From Candidatus Dormiibacterota bacterium (GTDB lineage: Bacteria > Chloroflexota > Dormibacteria > Aeolococcales > Aeolococcaceae): DNA of 64,000 bases. A model generated the notes under the pieces. The model saw only the letters and a program-made list of their open reading frames with translations. It ran no database searches and was not told where the DNA came from. The position numbers and the translations under genes are program-made. The stretch spans positions 96,001 to 160,000 of the forward strand of contig CAVPXI010000015.1 in NCBI GenBank assembly GCA_963709585.1. Direction: 5' to 3'. Position 1 is the first letter of the stretch; the number at the start of each line of letters is the position of its first letter. Of this stretch, positions 40,191 through 50,121 are shown in pieces.

Positions 40191-40412
40191 CTATTCAGGG
40201 TGATACTCCCGGTGCCCGGTCCGCTCGTCGAACCAGACCCGCATCCGCCGACCGGTGTCCGGATCGATGAACACCTCGCTGGTGGGCTGGGCACCCTCGG
40301 AGGGAGTGGCTGGGCCGCGTACACCTCCGCCCCGGTATCGGTCCCAGCCGAAGATAGCGATGACGATTCCGCCTATCACGACCACCAAGATGACCACCAA
40401 GATCACAGTCAT
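40191..40412 (-). CDS. Small membrane protein
   Basis: One TM, then PTSEVFIDPDTGRRMRVWFDERTGHREY. Confidence 0.7.
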   Translation of the reverse strand: MTVILVVILVVVIGGIVIAIFGWDRYRGGGVRGPATPSEGAQPTSEVFIDPDTGRRMRVWFDERTGHREYHPE

Positions 40413-40440
40413 CACGGACGCCCCCGTCAGACCCCGGCGC

Positions 40441-40785
40441 TCATGACCCGGCGGGTCCCGGAGCTTCCAGCCCCTCCACCACCTGTGCGGTTCCATAGGC
40501 CACGATCTCGCTCATGCTTTTGCCCATCTCGGTAGAGTCGAAACGCATCATGGTGACTGCGTTGGCGCCCATGGCGGTGGCGTTCTCCACCATGCGGTCC
40601 AGGGCCTGACGGCGGGCGTCCTCGTTGAGCTTGACGTAGGATCCGATTTCGCCACCGGCGAGGCTCTTCAACCCGGCGGCGATGTTGCCGCCTATGCCTC
40701 GGGAGCGGACAGTCAGGCCGAAAACCTGGCCCAACGTTCGCACCACCCGAGTGCCCGGGATGTTCTCCGTGGTGGTGACGATCAT
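40441..40785 (-). CDS. ybjQ: YbjQ/UPF0145 family protein
   Basis: MIVTTT..IPG, G.TVRSR, GGE...Y, GANAV...RFD, AYGTA. Confidence 0.93.
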   Translation of the reverse strand: MIVTTTENIPGTRVVRTLGQVFGLTVRSRGIGGNIAAGLKSLAGGEIGSYVKLNEDARRQALDRMVENATAMGANAVTMMRFDSTEMGKSMSEIVAYGTAQVVEGLEAPGPAGS

Positions 40786-40847
40786 GAGCGCGGAGGATAC
40801 GCGTTCAGATCTGGATCAGGGGCGCCGCGAGGGGGTGAGCACGATGC

Positions 40848-41081
40848 TCACCGCCCATCGAGCACCCGAAGGCGACGCTGGTACTCGTCGGTGTCGATCT
40901 CGCCGCGCGCGAACCGCTCGCGCAGCACCGCGGCGGCGTCTGGCGTGCCGCCATGGCCACCTTTCCACCACAGGCGACCGCGCCAGATGAAGAGGCCGAT
41001 CACGGTGAGCCACAGGGCGCCGAAGACCAACGGAAAGATCCACCAAAAGCCGAAGCCGCCGCCGACCCAATATCCGGGCAT
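40848..41081 (-). CDS. SHOCT domain membrane protein
   Basis: GGAGG RBS; one TM; A.AVLRERFARGEIDTDEY. Confidence 0.85.
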   Translation of the reverse strand: MPGYWVGGGFGFWWIFPLVFGALWLTVIGLFIWRGRLWWKGGHGGTPDAAAVLRERFARGEIDTDEYQRRLRVLDGR

Positions 41082-41174
41082 GTCGTGTTCCTCCGATAAG
41101 TTGTGTTGGATGCCAACGGCACCATCGTCGGAGGCGCGCAGTGCTTCTGTCGTCCGTCGGGAAGCGACACTTTT

Positions 41175-41196
41175 GGCTACGTCCGCTGGCGTAGCC
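41175..41196. promoter_or_regulatory. GGCTACG-N8-CGTAGCC palindrome, putative NarL-type response regulator site
   Basis: Perfect 7-bp inverted repeat upstream of the SHOCT gene; core TACG-N8-CGTA recurs at 43214-43229. Confidence 0.55.
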
Positions 41197-41210
41197 GCGC
41201 GTCGACTTGC

Positions 41211-41885
41211 TTACGCCAGCGCTTGGCCCGGCGACACAAGTCCGCTTTCATACGCGAAGACCACAAGCTGCGCACGATCCCGTGCTCCGAGCTTCTGCAT
41301 GGATCGGGACACATGGGTGCGCGCCGTCGCCGGGCTGATCACGAGCCTCTCTGCGATCTCGTCGTTGGAGAGCCCACAGCCGGCCAGCGTCACTACCTCA
41401 CGTTCACGCTCGGTGAGGTCGGCCAGCAGCTTCGTCCGCGGTGCGGCCGGTGCCGGCCGCGCGCTGAAGGCCTCGATGACGCGCCGCGTCACGGCCGGTG
41501 AGAGCAGCGAATCGCCCGCCGCCACCACACGGATGGCGCGCAGCAGCTCGGTTGGCTCCGCATCCTTGAGTAGAAATCCTCCGGCTCCGGCGCGCAGGGC
41601 CTCGAAGACGTACTCATCGATCTCGAAGGTGGTGAGGACGAGCACGCGGACACTGGATAGCTGCGGGTCGTTTGCGATCAGACGCGTCGCCTCCAATCCA
41701 TCAAGGATCGGCATGCGGATGTCCATCACCACCACATCGGGCCGCAGCTCACGCACAACGCGCAACGCTTCCTGGCCGTCAGCTGCCTCGCCGACCACCT
41801 CGATGTCGGGCTCCGCGTCGGCGAGCGCGCGCAGACCGACCCGAATCAACGGCTGGTCATCGGCGAGCACCACCCGGACGCTCAC
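41211..41885 (-). CDS. NarL/LuxR family response regulator
   Basis: LADDQ, VMDIRMP, GFLLK, LTEREREV..L...GLSN.EIA. Confidence 0.95.
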   Translation of the reverse strand: MSVRVVLADDQPLIRVGLRALADAEPDIEVVGEAADGQEALRVVRELRPDVVVMDIRMPILDGLEATRLIANDPQLSSVRVLVLTTFEIDEYVFEALRAGAGGFLLKDAEPTELLRAIRVVAAGDSLLSPAVTRRVIEAFSARPAPAAPRTKLLADLTEREREVVTLAGCGLSNDEIAERLVISPATARTHVSRSMQKLGARDRAQLVVFAYESGLVSPGQALA

Positions 41886-43108
41886 GGGCCCCCCAGCGGC
41901 AGCGATGCCCACACCCGGAATCCGCCCTCGGGACGCCTGCCTGCGGAAAAGGCGCCGGCCAGGGCTGCGGCGCGTTCGCGCATCCCCTGGAGCCCACCGC
42001 CTTCGCCAGATGGCTCACTCAGTCCGATGCCATCGTCGACGATCTCCAGTTCCAGCCGGTCAGGCTGGAGTACGGCGCGGACCATTGCCATCGCCCCGCC
42101 GCCGGCGTGTCGGGCCACGTTGGTCAACGACTCCTGCACGATCCGATAAGCGGCGGCCGAAACAATCTCGGGGATTTCGTAGTCGCCCTGCGGCAGGTCG
42201 AGATCAATCACAAGTCCAGCGTCGCGCATCTGCGCAGCCAGGGCTGGTACCGCCGAAAGTCCCGGCGTCGGCCTGCGATCAGCGCCCACCAGCCCCTCTC
42301 CTCGGAGCGCGGCGAGCTCGGTGCGAAGCTCGGTCAGCGCCTGTTTGCTCACGCCGCGGATGGCGGTGACCGCTTTGCGCGCCTCCTCGGGCAGGCTGGA
42401 GAGGAAATGCTCGGCCACTCCGGCCTGCAGGCTGATGACCGCCAAGCTGTGACCGATCACGTCATGCATCTCGCGCGCGATCCGCAGCCGTTCTTCGACC
42501 ATGCGCCGGCGTGCTTCCTCTTCGCGGCTGCGCTGCGTCCACTCCGCCCGAGCCCGCAACTCCCTCAGAAAGCGCCGCCGCGCGTCGAGAGCGATCCCCG
42601 CCACCGCGGCGACGCACACCCAGACGCCGGCAAAGAGCGCGACTGGCCACGACCATCCGTACACAGCACCGTGGACCGCGGACAGCAAGGCGGCGCCACC
42701 GAGCGTCGACACGATCCAGATTGGCAGCGATCGTGTCGCGCCCAGGGCGACGACCAGCGCAAGAAATGGGGCCAGCAGAATTGGCCCTGGTGGATCGCCG
42801 ACAAGAAGGTAGGCACTGGTGCAGGCGAGCGACCCGGCATACGCGAGCGGTGGCCACCGTCGCCGCAGCGCCAACGCCATCGCCGCGCTCACGAGCAACA
42901 GGTAGCCGCCGACCCCGATCCGGTGCGCACCGGTGGCGTGCTGCTGCGCCGTGCTCGCCGCCACCAGGAAGCCGGTCAAGACAAGCGCAGGGATCAGGTC
43001 GGCCACAACAGGCGCACGTCGAGCCATTTCCGCCCAGAGCGCTCGTGGCGACGCGGTCGCGGTGAACTGCGCGCTGTGGGGGGCTCGGGATCGCGGGAGG
43101 TCGGTCAT
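41882..43108 (-). CDS. HisKA_3-type sensor histidine kinase
   Basis: TM region; ERLRIAREMHDVIGH, YRIVQESLTN, DDG.G, GLQGMRER. Confidence 0.93.
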   Translation of the reverse strand: MTDLPRSRAPHSAQFTATASPRALWAEMARRAPVVADLIPALVLTGFLVAASTAQQHATGAHRIGVGGYLLLVSAAMALALRRRWPPLAYAGSLACTSAYLLVGDPPGPILLAPFLALVVALGATRSLPIWIVSTLGGAALLSAVHGAVYGWSWPVALFAGVWVCVAAVAGIALDARRRFLRELRARAEWTQRSREEEARRRMVEERLRIAREMHDVIGHSLAVISLQAGVAEHFLSSLPEEARKAVTAIRGVSKQALTELRTELAALRGEGLVGADRRPTPGLSAVPALAAQMRDAGLVIDLDLPQGDYEIPEIVSAAAYRIVQESLTNVARHAGGGAMAMVRAVLQPDRLELEIVDDGIGLSEPSGEGGGLQGMRERAAALAGAFSAGRRPEGGFRVWASLPLGGP

Positions 43109-43213
43109 GCCTCGGCTAGGATGCGCCGTAAAGGCTTCGAGGTAGAGGTCACGATCACCACACCCTAACCGCCGGTGACGGCGTCGTCATCCGCCCGGGC
43201 GCGGCTGCTGGCG

Positions 43214-43229
43214 TACGCCCCCCGACGTA
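43214..43229. promoter_or_regulatory. TACG-N8-CGTA site upstream of the two-component operon
   Basis: Same core and spacing as 41178-41193. Confidence 0.45.
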
Positions 43230-43255
43230 TCACCCATACGCCCAGAGTTGAGCCG

Positions 43256-44101
43256 TCAACTCGCCGGCGTCGCCCCCTTCACAACAACATATTCCATCGG
43301 TTGCAGCCCACAGTGCCATCGATCAGCGATTGGCTGTAACGCAGGACGAGTGCGCATCGGATCGAAGCCCATCGGTACGATGTCGAGAATTCGGCCACCA
43401 TTCGCCTCGATGACCGGACGAAGTACTCCTTGGGGAAGCGGAAACATGTGCATGCGCGGTGGGATTGGAGGGCTCTCGCGGTTATTGAAGCCGGCAGACG
43501 CTCTCTGGAGTCGGACGCGGAGACGAGTCGTTCGCTGACGCATGCGCTGCAAAGCCGACAGTCCCGAAAATACCGCACCTCCCTCGATCTCGTGGGCGTG
43601 AAACACCAGAACTCCGCGGTCACGCGAGAGAACCCGTACGAGCTCCCCGAGATATGCGAGTGCGTATCTGCGAGGGATGTGTTGGAGCACCCGCGTCGAG
43701 TAGGCAAAGGCAAAGCGGTCGTTCGCAAAGATGGAGAGGTCGGCCCGCTCGTTCAAAGTAAAGGTCAAGCGATCGAGGTTCGGATTGAACCCTCGCGCGA
43801 GTTCCAGCATCGTTGGCGAGATGTCCACCCCCACACAGCCCGCAAAGACTTCCGCAAGAGGTTGACTGACGCGACCTGGTCCGCACCCAAAGTCGAGAGC
43901 CTCCCCGTCGCGATCGATATCCAGACCGCATGCCTCGACATGTTTGAGGGCTGCATCGACATCCTTTCGACCCAACTCCCAGAAGCGTTCAAGCTCATCG
44001 TACGAGCCGCCCTGCGGACCGAGTTCGGTACAGACCGCCCAGAGGGGATCAGTCCGTGCCATGGATTCCCAGTCACTCGAGGTTGTCTTCAACGATGCCA
44101 C
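43256..44101 (-). CDS. Class I SAM-dependent methyltransferase
   Basis: ALDFGCGPGR, GVDISPTML, VLQHIP. Confidence 0.88.
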   Translation of the reverse strand: MASLKTTSSDWESMARTDPLWAVCTELGPQGGSYDELERFWELGRKDVDAALKHVEACGLDIDRDGEALDFGCGPGRVSQPLAEVFAGCVGVDISPTMLELARGFNPNLDRLTFTLNERADLSIFANDRFAFAYSTRVLQHIPRRYALAYLGELVRVLSRDRGVLVFHAHEIEGGAVFSGLSALQRMRQRTTRLRVRLQRASAGFNNRESPPIPPRMHMFPLPQGVLRPVIEANGGRILDIVPMGFDPMRTRPALQPIADRWHCGLQPMEYVVVKGATPAS

Positions 44102-44176
44102 AGATGCCGTCCTCTACTTACGACAATCATTCCCGGTAAAATACCGAGGCATCTGATTATCAGGGAGAAGCACGCT

Positions 44177-44629
44177 ATGACCGATTACAAACCGGCTGAT
44201 TACCACACCGTCACGCCGTATCTGGTGGTCAACGGCGCCGAACGTCTGATCACGTTCATCGTCGACGTGCTCGATGGGACCGAAATCATGCGCATCCCCG
44301 GTCCGGACGGTCGTCTCGGTCATGCGGAGGTCCGCGTCGGCAACTCGGTGGTGATGCTCGCCGATCCCCCGTCGCCAGGGGCGACTACCAAATCGATGCT
44401 GCACGTGTACGTGCCCGATTCCGATGCGACATACGCGCGCGCAATAGCCGCAGGTGCCACATCGCTGCGCGAGCCCCAGAATGAGTTCTACGGCGACCGG
44501 ATGTCGGGCGTCGAGGATGCACTGGGGAATCAGTGGTACTTTGCCACACACTTCGAAGACGTCTCGGAAGAGGAAATGGCGCGGCGTGGTGCCGAGGCAG
44601 CCTCGCAAGCGGCATCAGCAGCCTCTTAA
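44177..44629 (+). CDS. VOC/PhnB glyoxalase-like protein
   Basis: YHTVTPYL, HAEVRVG, FYGDR...EDALGNQW. Confidence 0.92.
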   Translation: MTDYKPADYHTVTPYLVVNGAERLITFIVDVLDGTEIMRIPGPDGRLGHAEVRVGNSVVMLADPPSPGATTKSMLHVYVPDSDATYARAIAAGATSLREPQNEFYGDRMSGVEDALGNQWYFATHFEDVSEEEMARRGAEAASQAASAAS

Positions 44630-44670
44630 TCCAAACCGTCCCTCACCCGCGGCAGTAGACTTCGCCGCTC

Positions 44671-46283
44671 ATGGGTAAGCCCGCTACGAGTTCGAAGATG
44701 TTGCGGTTGGCCGGAACGCTGCGGCGGGGGTCGGCGGCCTGTGGCTTGGCCATTGGCGTGACCGCGATATTAGCAACCACGGCATTCGCGGCGGAAACGC
44801 CAATCGTCATCGAGAGCTTCACCAACGCAACCACCACCTCATCGGCGTGGGGGTTGCCGATGGCCCCCACTGGTACGAATGTAGCCTGCCTGACCGCGTC
44901 ATCGACCTCATCGCAGACGCCGATCCCCGGTTGTGCACTGTCAACACCCGATCCCGCGGGAGCTGGCGCCCTTCGTCTCACCGACGCTACGGGCAGCGAA
45001 GAGGGTGGCGTGGCATTCACGCAGACGTTGCCCACGACAAAGGGTTTGGACGTCTCATTCAACAGCTATCAATATGGTGGATCGCAGGCCGACGGAATCG
45101 GCTTCTTCCTGGCGGCCACCAACCCCGCCAGCCCCACCCCACCGAGCACCATCGGTTCGCCGGGCGGCGACCTGGGTTACTCGTCAGGAACCGGCACCAC
45201 CGGCCTTGCAGACGGATACCTTGGGGTTGGCCTCGACGTCTACGGCAACTACACCAACAGCGATTTCGACGGGACCGGCTGCACGGATCCGCCGTGGGTG
45301 GGGGCTTCAGCAGTCGTTCCCGGCCAGGTTACCGTTCGGGGTCCTGGAAACGGAACGACCGGCTACTGCCCGTTGACGAGCACCGCCGCGACAGACCCGG
45401 GAGCAACTCAAGCACTCGATGGCGGGCCATTCGGAACTCGCGCCGGCTCCAAGGTCCCAGTGGAGATCGCGATCAATCCCAGTACCTCGTCGCTGACGAC
45501 GACGTCTGGCCTGGTGGTGCCGCCTGGAAACTATGCGGTCGCCTTCAAACCTATCGGAGGCGCGAAGCAGAGCTTCGACGGTGTGCTCCCCACCGCAAGC
45601 AACGGGGAGATCCCCAGTGGAACCATCCCAGCGGCGTGGATCAACTCCAAGACTGGTTTGCCATACCAACTCACTATGGGATGGGTCGGCTCGACCGGAG
45701 GTGCCACCGATATCCACGAGATCACTGATGCTGCAGCCGACACGCTCAGCGGCAACTTGCCCGGGCTCGCTGCGAAGTTCTCAGCGTGCAGCCGGCACAA
45801 ACGAACGCGATCGCAACCTACGTGCTCCACGTTTCGACGACTGCTTCCGGAGGGCCGGAGACGCAGTCAATTCTCGTGACGGATACGTTCCCGTCGAACG
45901 TTACACCGCACGCGTCAGGTGCCGGTGGCACCGGGTGGGTGTGCTCCGTGAGCGGGCAGAAGGACACGTGCACCTACGCGGTCTCCGCGGCGCTGGCACC
46001 GGGGACCATTTTGCCGCCGCTGTCAATGCCGGTCACCGTCGACGCTCCGGGAGGTACGACGATCAACGATGTTGCAGCAGTCAGTTCGAACGACGTATTC
46101 CCAGTATCCGTCAGTGCCGCATTCGTGATTCCAGGCATATCGGTGCCAATGACTGGCGCGGAGCAGTCACCGCTCGCGTCAACCCTGGCGGGCCTCATCC
46201 TCATCCTGGCGGGAGGCGCGTTGGCTGGCGCGGAAGTCGCCTTCGGCATTCGACGATCGCTACGGCGGGGGAGTGCGCTCTAG
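44671..46283 (+). CDS. Secreted L-type lectin-like surface protein with Ig-like domain and VPMTG sorting-like signal, frameshifted at about 45785
   Basis: Signal peptide; LRLT, ADGIGFFL, GGDLGY, GVGLD, GSTGG; second frame has VTDTFP...W.C...C, VPMTG, TM and basic tail. Confidence 0.75.
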
Positions 46284-46333
46284 GGGAGTGTTCGAAATTG
46301 CGGTGCCGAGGCACAGCATCCGCAACAAGGGGT

Positions 46334-49300
46334 TCACTGTGCGGTTTCGGCCTCAGCCGCAATGGGTTGCGCAGGGCTCGCCGCGGACAGCTTAGCGAGC
46401 CGCGCCACCCACGCGACGGCACCGAGTTGCTGAAAGATAGCGCGAGCCTCGAGCACCAAGGGAGCGGCGCTGCTGATCTGTCCCTCGCGCTCGAGCCATT
46501 CGCTGTACTCCAGCAAGGTCACGCCAAGCCAGAACTGGTGGCGGATCTCTCTGAACGCCAGCACCGCGTGCTCGAAACCTGCGCCAATCCGTTCCGGATT
46601 GCCGTCACCCTCCGCCATGAGCGCGCGGAGCCGAAGTACATGTGCGGGCAGGAATCGTATGCGGCGAACGTTGGGAAGCCGTTCTGCGATGCCAAGCAGC
46701 TCGCCTGCCGCCTCGCGGTCGCTCATGCTGAGAGCAGCTTCGATGCCGAGAACCAACGACTCCCGGATGGCGTAGTGCCACAACCCAAAAGTCGCAATCG
46801 GTTGCAATGCACCCCGGGCTGCACGCAGAGCTTCCGCGGGCCTCCCTTGGGCGAGGCGCAGAACGGCGACCGCGCAGGCGTGGTCGGTCCGCTCCTGAAC
46901 GTCGGACGAGCGCTCGAAATCCTCGAAGAGCGCGAGCCGCTCGGCGGCTTGCTCCAGTTCTCCGCGATGTGCCAGCATCGCGGTGCCAAATGAGACGTAT
47001 CCCTGGTCGAACGCGATCCGCGCGGTGACCCGATCGTCGACCGACAGCTCTTCCAGCCGCGCAAGAGCCTCGTCCCACCTTCCGAGGCAAAACATGGGAT
47101 AGCAGTAGCCGAGGAAGATGCGCTCCCAGTATCGGTTACCCACGCGCCTCGCGAGCGCCAGACCGCTCTCCACATGGTCTTGGGCCACTTCGTAGCGATC
47201 CTCAGCGTTGGCGATGTCGATCAGGTTGTTATGCGCACGCAACGCGGCGGAAGGCTTGTCGTTCTCGATCGCGACGCGCAAAGCCGCCTCCACGAGCGCT
47301 CGCGCCTCGTGGTGCCGTCCCAACGTCAACAGGAGTAGGTTCTTGGTGTTCAGTGCTTGAGACAACACTTCCGGGAGGTCGAGGGCCTCGGCAAGGTCCA
47401 GCGCTGTCTCGATGCGTTTTGTCGCGAGATCTCTGTTTCCGACGAAGAACTGGAATCGTCCCAGTTGTGCCGCCAGCCAGGCGAACGACTCGTCGGGCGG
47501 ATCATTCACAAGGACCTGGAATGCGCGATCCATGTTCTCGAGTGACTCCTTCATGCGGCCTCTGTCCCACATCACCTCGCTGAGCCGCGCGACGACGCGC
47601 GCAGCGGCATGCGACGCTGCCTGCGCTTCAAACAGTGCGATCGATCGCTCGAACAGGGCGACCGCCTGGTTGCCCCGCGCGCCCGCTTCGGCCATCATCG
47701 CCGCGCGCTCGAGGAGCTCTGCCTGCTCCTGCGGTTCGTCGGTCAGCTCCACGGCACGCTCGAAGGATGCTTGCGCCTCCAGGCTCGCCCCCAGAGATGA
47801 TGCGCGTTCCGCGGCTCCGATCAGGCGAGCTCTTGCTCTCGTTCTAATCTCGGGTGCGTCCAGGGCGTCAGGCGCCGCACGGTACGCATCGAGATAGTGC
47901 GACGCGATGACCTCAACGACGTCGTCCTCGTCGGGTCCCGCGCCAGATTCGAGAAACTCAGCAGCTGCGATATGCAGAACGCGGCGGCGCTTCCTCGACA
48001 ACGTGTCGTATGCAACCTTCTTCACGAGGTCCTGCAGGAACCCGTACTGGCCTCGTTCAGGGGACAGTGGATCCCTCGACATCGTGAGTACTTCTTTGCC
48101 CACCAGCGAATGGAGCAGAGGTTCGAGCTCGGCAGCCGCGAGGCTCGTCATCGCCACGAGCCCCGAGATCGTGAAGGTCCTGCCGAGCACCGCGGCTTCC
48201 TGCAATAGCTGCCGCTCAGCAGGAGCGAGGCCGTCGAGCCGTGCGGCGATCAGAGCCTGCAGCGTCTCCGGAACCTCGAGAGTATCGATGGCGCCAACGG
48301 GGTGGAATGACGTGCCTTGGCGTACGATCAGGCCGCGGTCGAGAAGCATCCGAACCGTCTCCACCGCGTAGAAGGGCACCCCCTCCGCCCGCTCAAGAAT
48401 CCGCGCTTCGAGTTCGTCCGGAAGACCGGGAACGGGTGCACGTAGCAACGCCGTCATCGCCTCGTTGGAGAGCGGCTCAAGAAAGAGCGAGGTGAAGTTC
48501 CGTTTCCTCGCACCCCATGTTGGGTGGCGCTCCGCGAGCTCGGGACGACCCAGGGTCAGGATGAAGATCGGATGGTCTCGGGACCAATCGAGGAGATACT
48601 CGATGAACTCAAGAAGGGCACTGTCAGCCCATTGGATGTCTTCGAAAACGAGCACCGTGGGCTTGGTGTCGGACAGTCTCTCGAAGTACAAACGCCACGC
48701 CGAAAAGAGATTCTCCTGGTCGCCGGATCCCCGATCCTCGAGACCGAGCAAATGAAAGAGTCGAGGCTCGACGAACCGTCGCTCGTCAGGATCTGGCAGG
48801 TGCGTCTCCAGACTTTGATGCAGCTTTGCGCGAGCGGACATCGATTCCTCGTCCTCGACGATTCCGGCCCGCATGCGCACCATCTCGGCGAGCGCCCAGA
48901 ACGCGACGCCATCTCCGTACGCGAGACAGCGTCCGCGATGCCACCAGACGACGTCGACCAGCCCGTCGACGTACTTCTCGAATTCCCATGAGACGCGGGT
49001 CTTGCCGATTCCACCGATGCCGACCACCGAGACCAGATGCGGGCGCCGCTCCTCGGCCGCGGCGTGAAACAGCTCCTTGATAAGGTGCAGCTCCCGGTCG
49101 CGGCCGGCAAACGCCGGCTCGAGCTCGCCTTGCCGGGCGGCCCCGCCGAGCAAGCCGATCACTCGCACAGCTCGCCACAGCGGCACCGGTGCGGTCTTAC
49201 CCTTCAGGTCGTGCAGACCGACGTCTTCGTAGGCGACCGCCGGCTCAGTCGCCCTCCTCGTCGCCTCGCCCACGTACACCATCCCGGGTGGCGCTGCGGC

Positions 49301-49921
49301 TTGGATCCGCGACGCCGTATTGACGAGATCACCGGCCACCATGCCCTGCTCTTCGGCACCGACATTGACGGCGGCTTCGCCGCTGAGAACCCCCGCACGA
49401 ACCTGGAGACTCGCGAGCCCCGCCTCCTGGGCGAGGTCGACAACCGCGTGCGTCAGCTCCAATGCAGCGCGTACGCACCGTTCCGCATCGTCCTCGCGCG
49501 AGACGGGCGTCCCCCATACGGCCATGACTGCGTCTCCGATGAACTTCTCGACTGAACCGCCGTATCGGGCAATCAGTCGTCTGCAGATCTCGAAATAACC
49601 CGACAAGAGGTCGCGCACCTCTTCCGCATCTCGAGATTCGGAGATCGTGGTGAAGCCGACCAGGTCGGCAAAGAGGATCGAAACATGTCGGATCTCGGTG
49701 ACGGGGGCCGCGTAGGACGCGGACCCATCTCCGACCCCGGGCGCGCGGAGGACACGAGGGCGCGGCAGGCCACCGAGCGGCGCGCCACAGGCGCCGCAGA
49801 ACTTCGCGCTTGGTTGGTTGGCCGTTCCGCACGCGACGCAAACCGCCGGGAGCGGTTGGCCACACTCGGCGCAGAACCTACGGTCGGCCTCGTTGTCGGA
49901 TCCGCAATGCAGACAGCGCGT
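46334..49921 (-). CDS. Adenylate/guanylate cyclase with double zinc ribbon, AAA ATPase and TPR region (STAND-like); apparent ACG start
   Basis: Frame extends 101 codons upstream of 49618 through four CxxC pairs and ILFADLVGFT; KFIGDAVM, GDLVNTASR, GIGGIGKT, EDIQWAD. Confidence 0.9.
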   Translation of the reverse strand, partial: TRCLHCGSDNEADRRFCAECGQPLPAVCVACGTANQPSAKFCGACGAPLGGLPRPRVLRAPGVGDGSASYAAPVTEIRHVSILFADLVGFTTISESRDAEEVRDLLSGYFEICRRLIARYGGSVEKFIGDAVMAVWGTPVSREDDAERCVRAALELTHAVVDLAQEAGLASLQVRAGVLSGEAAVNVGAEEQGMVAGDLVNTASRIQAAAPPGMVYVGEATRRATEPAVAYEDVGLHDLKGKTAPVPLWRAVRVIGLLGGAARQGELEPAFAGRDRELHLIKELFHAAAEERRPHLVSVVGIGGIGKTRVSWEFEKYVDGLVDVVWWHRGRCLAYGDGVAFWALAEMVRMRAGIVEDEESMSARAKLHQSLETHLPDPDERRFVEPRLFHLLGLEDRGSGDQENLFSAWRLYFERLSDTKPTVLVFEDIQWADSALLEFIEYLLDWSRDHPIFILTLGRPELAERHPTWGARKRNFTSLFLEPLSNEAMTALLRAPVPGLPDELEARILERAEGVPFYAVETVRMLLDRGLIVRQGTSFHPVGAIDTLEVPETLQALIAARLDGLAPAERQLLQEAAVLGRTFTISGLVAMTSLAAAELEPLLHSLVGKEVLTMSRDPLSPERGQYGFLQDLVKKVAYDTLSRKRRRVLHIAAAEFLESGAGPDEDDVVEVIASHYLDAYRAAPDALDAPEIRTRARARLIGAAERASSLGASLEAQASFERAVELTDEPQEQAELLERAAMMAEAGARGNQAVALFERSIALFEAQAASHAAARVVARLSEVMWDRGRMKESLENMDRAFQVLVNDPPDESFAWLAAQLGRFQFFVGNRDLATKRIETALDLAEALDLPEVLSQALNTKNLLLLTLGRHHEARALVEAALRVAIENDKPSAALRAHNNLIDIANAEDRYEVAQDHVESGLALARRVGNRYWERIFLGYCYPMFCLGRWDEALARLEELSVDDRVTARIAFDQGYVSFGTAMLAHRGELEQAAERLALFEDFERSSDVQERTDHACAVAVLRLAQGRPAEALRAARGALQPIATFGLWHYAIRESLVLGIEAALSMSDREAAGELLGIAERLPNVRRIRFLPAHVLRLRALMAEGDGNPERIGAGFEHAVLAFREIRHQFWLGVTLLEYSEWLEREGQISSAAPLVLEARAIFQQLGAVAWVARLAKLSAASPAQPIAAEAETAQ

Positions 49922-50121
49922 CTCAGTTCCTCTCGTTGGTTTGGGAGGAAGCCTACAGCGATGCCTTACGGCTGAGGAAGCGTCGTCCGCGTGAGCGAAG
50001 TGCTCGCCGTGCGCGACTTCCCGCGAGCGCCGTTCTTGGCGCTGGCTGGGTGGAAAGCCGCGACCAACTCGTCACCGGAGTGCAGGGAATCGTCCGAAAG
50101 CCTCGGCGCCAGACTGTGCTA

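Noticed and set aside
46334-49921. Avs-type anti-phage STAND defence system
   Set aside because: The zinc ribbon-cyclase-AAA-TPR architecture is a common signalling family in soil bacteria, and there is no nuclease effector or defence-island context.
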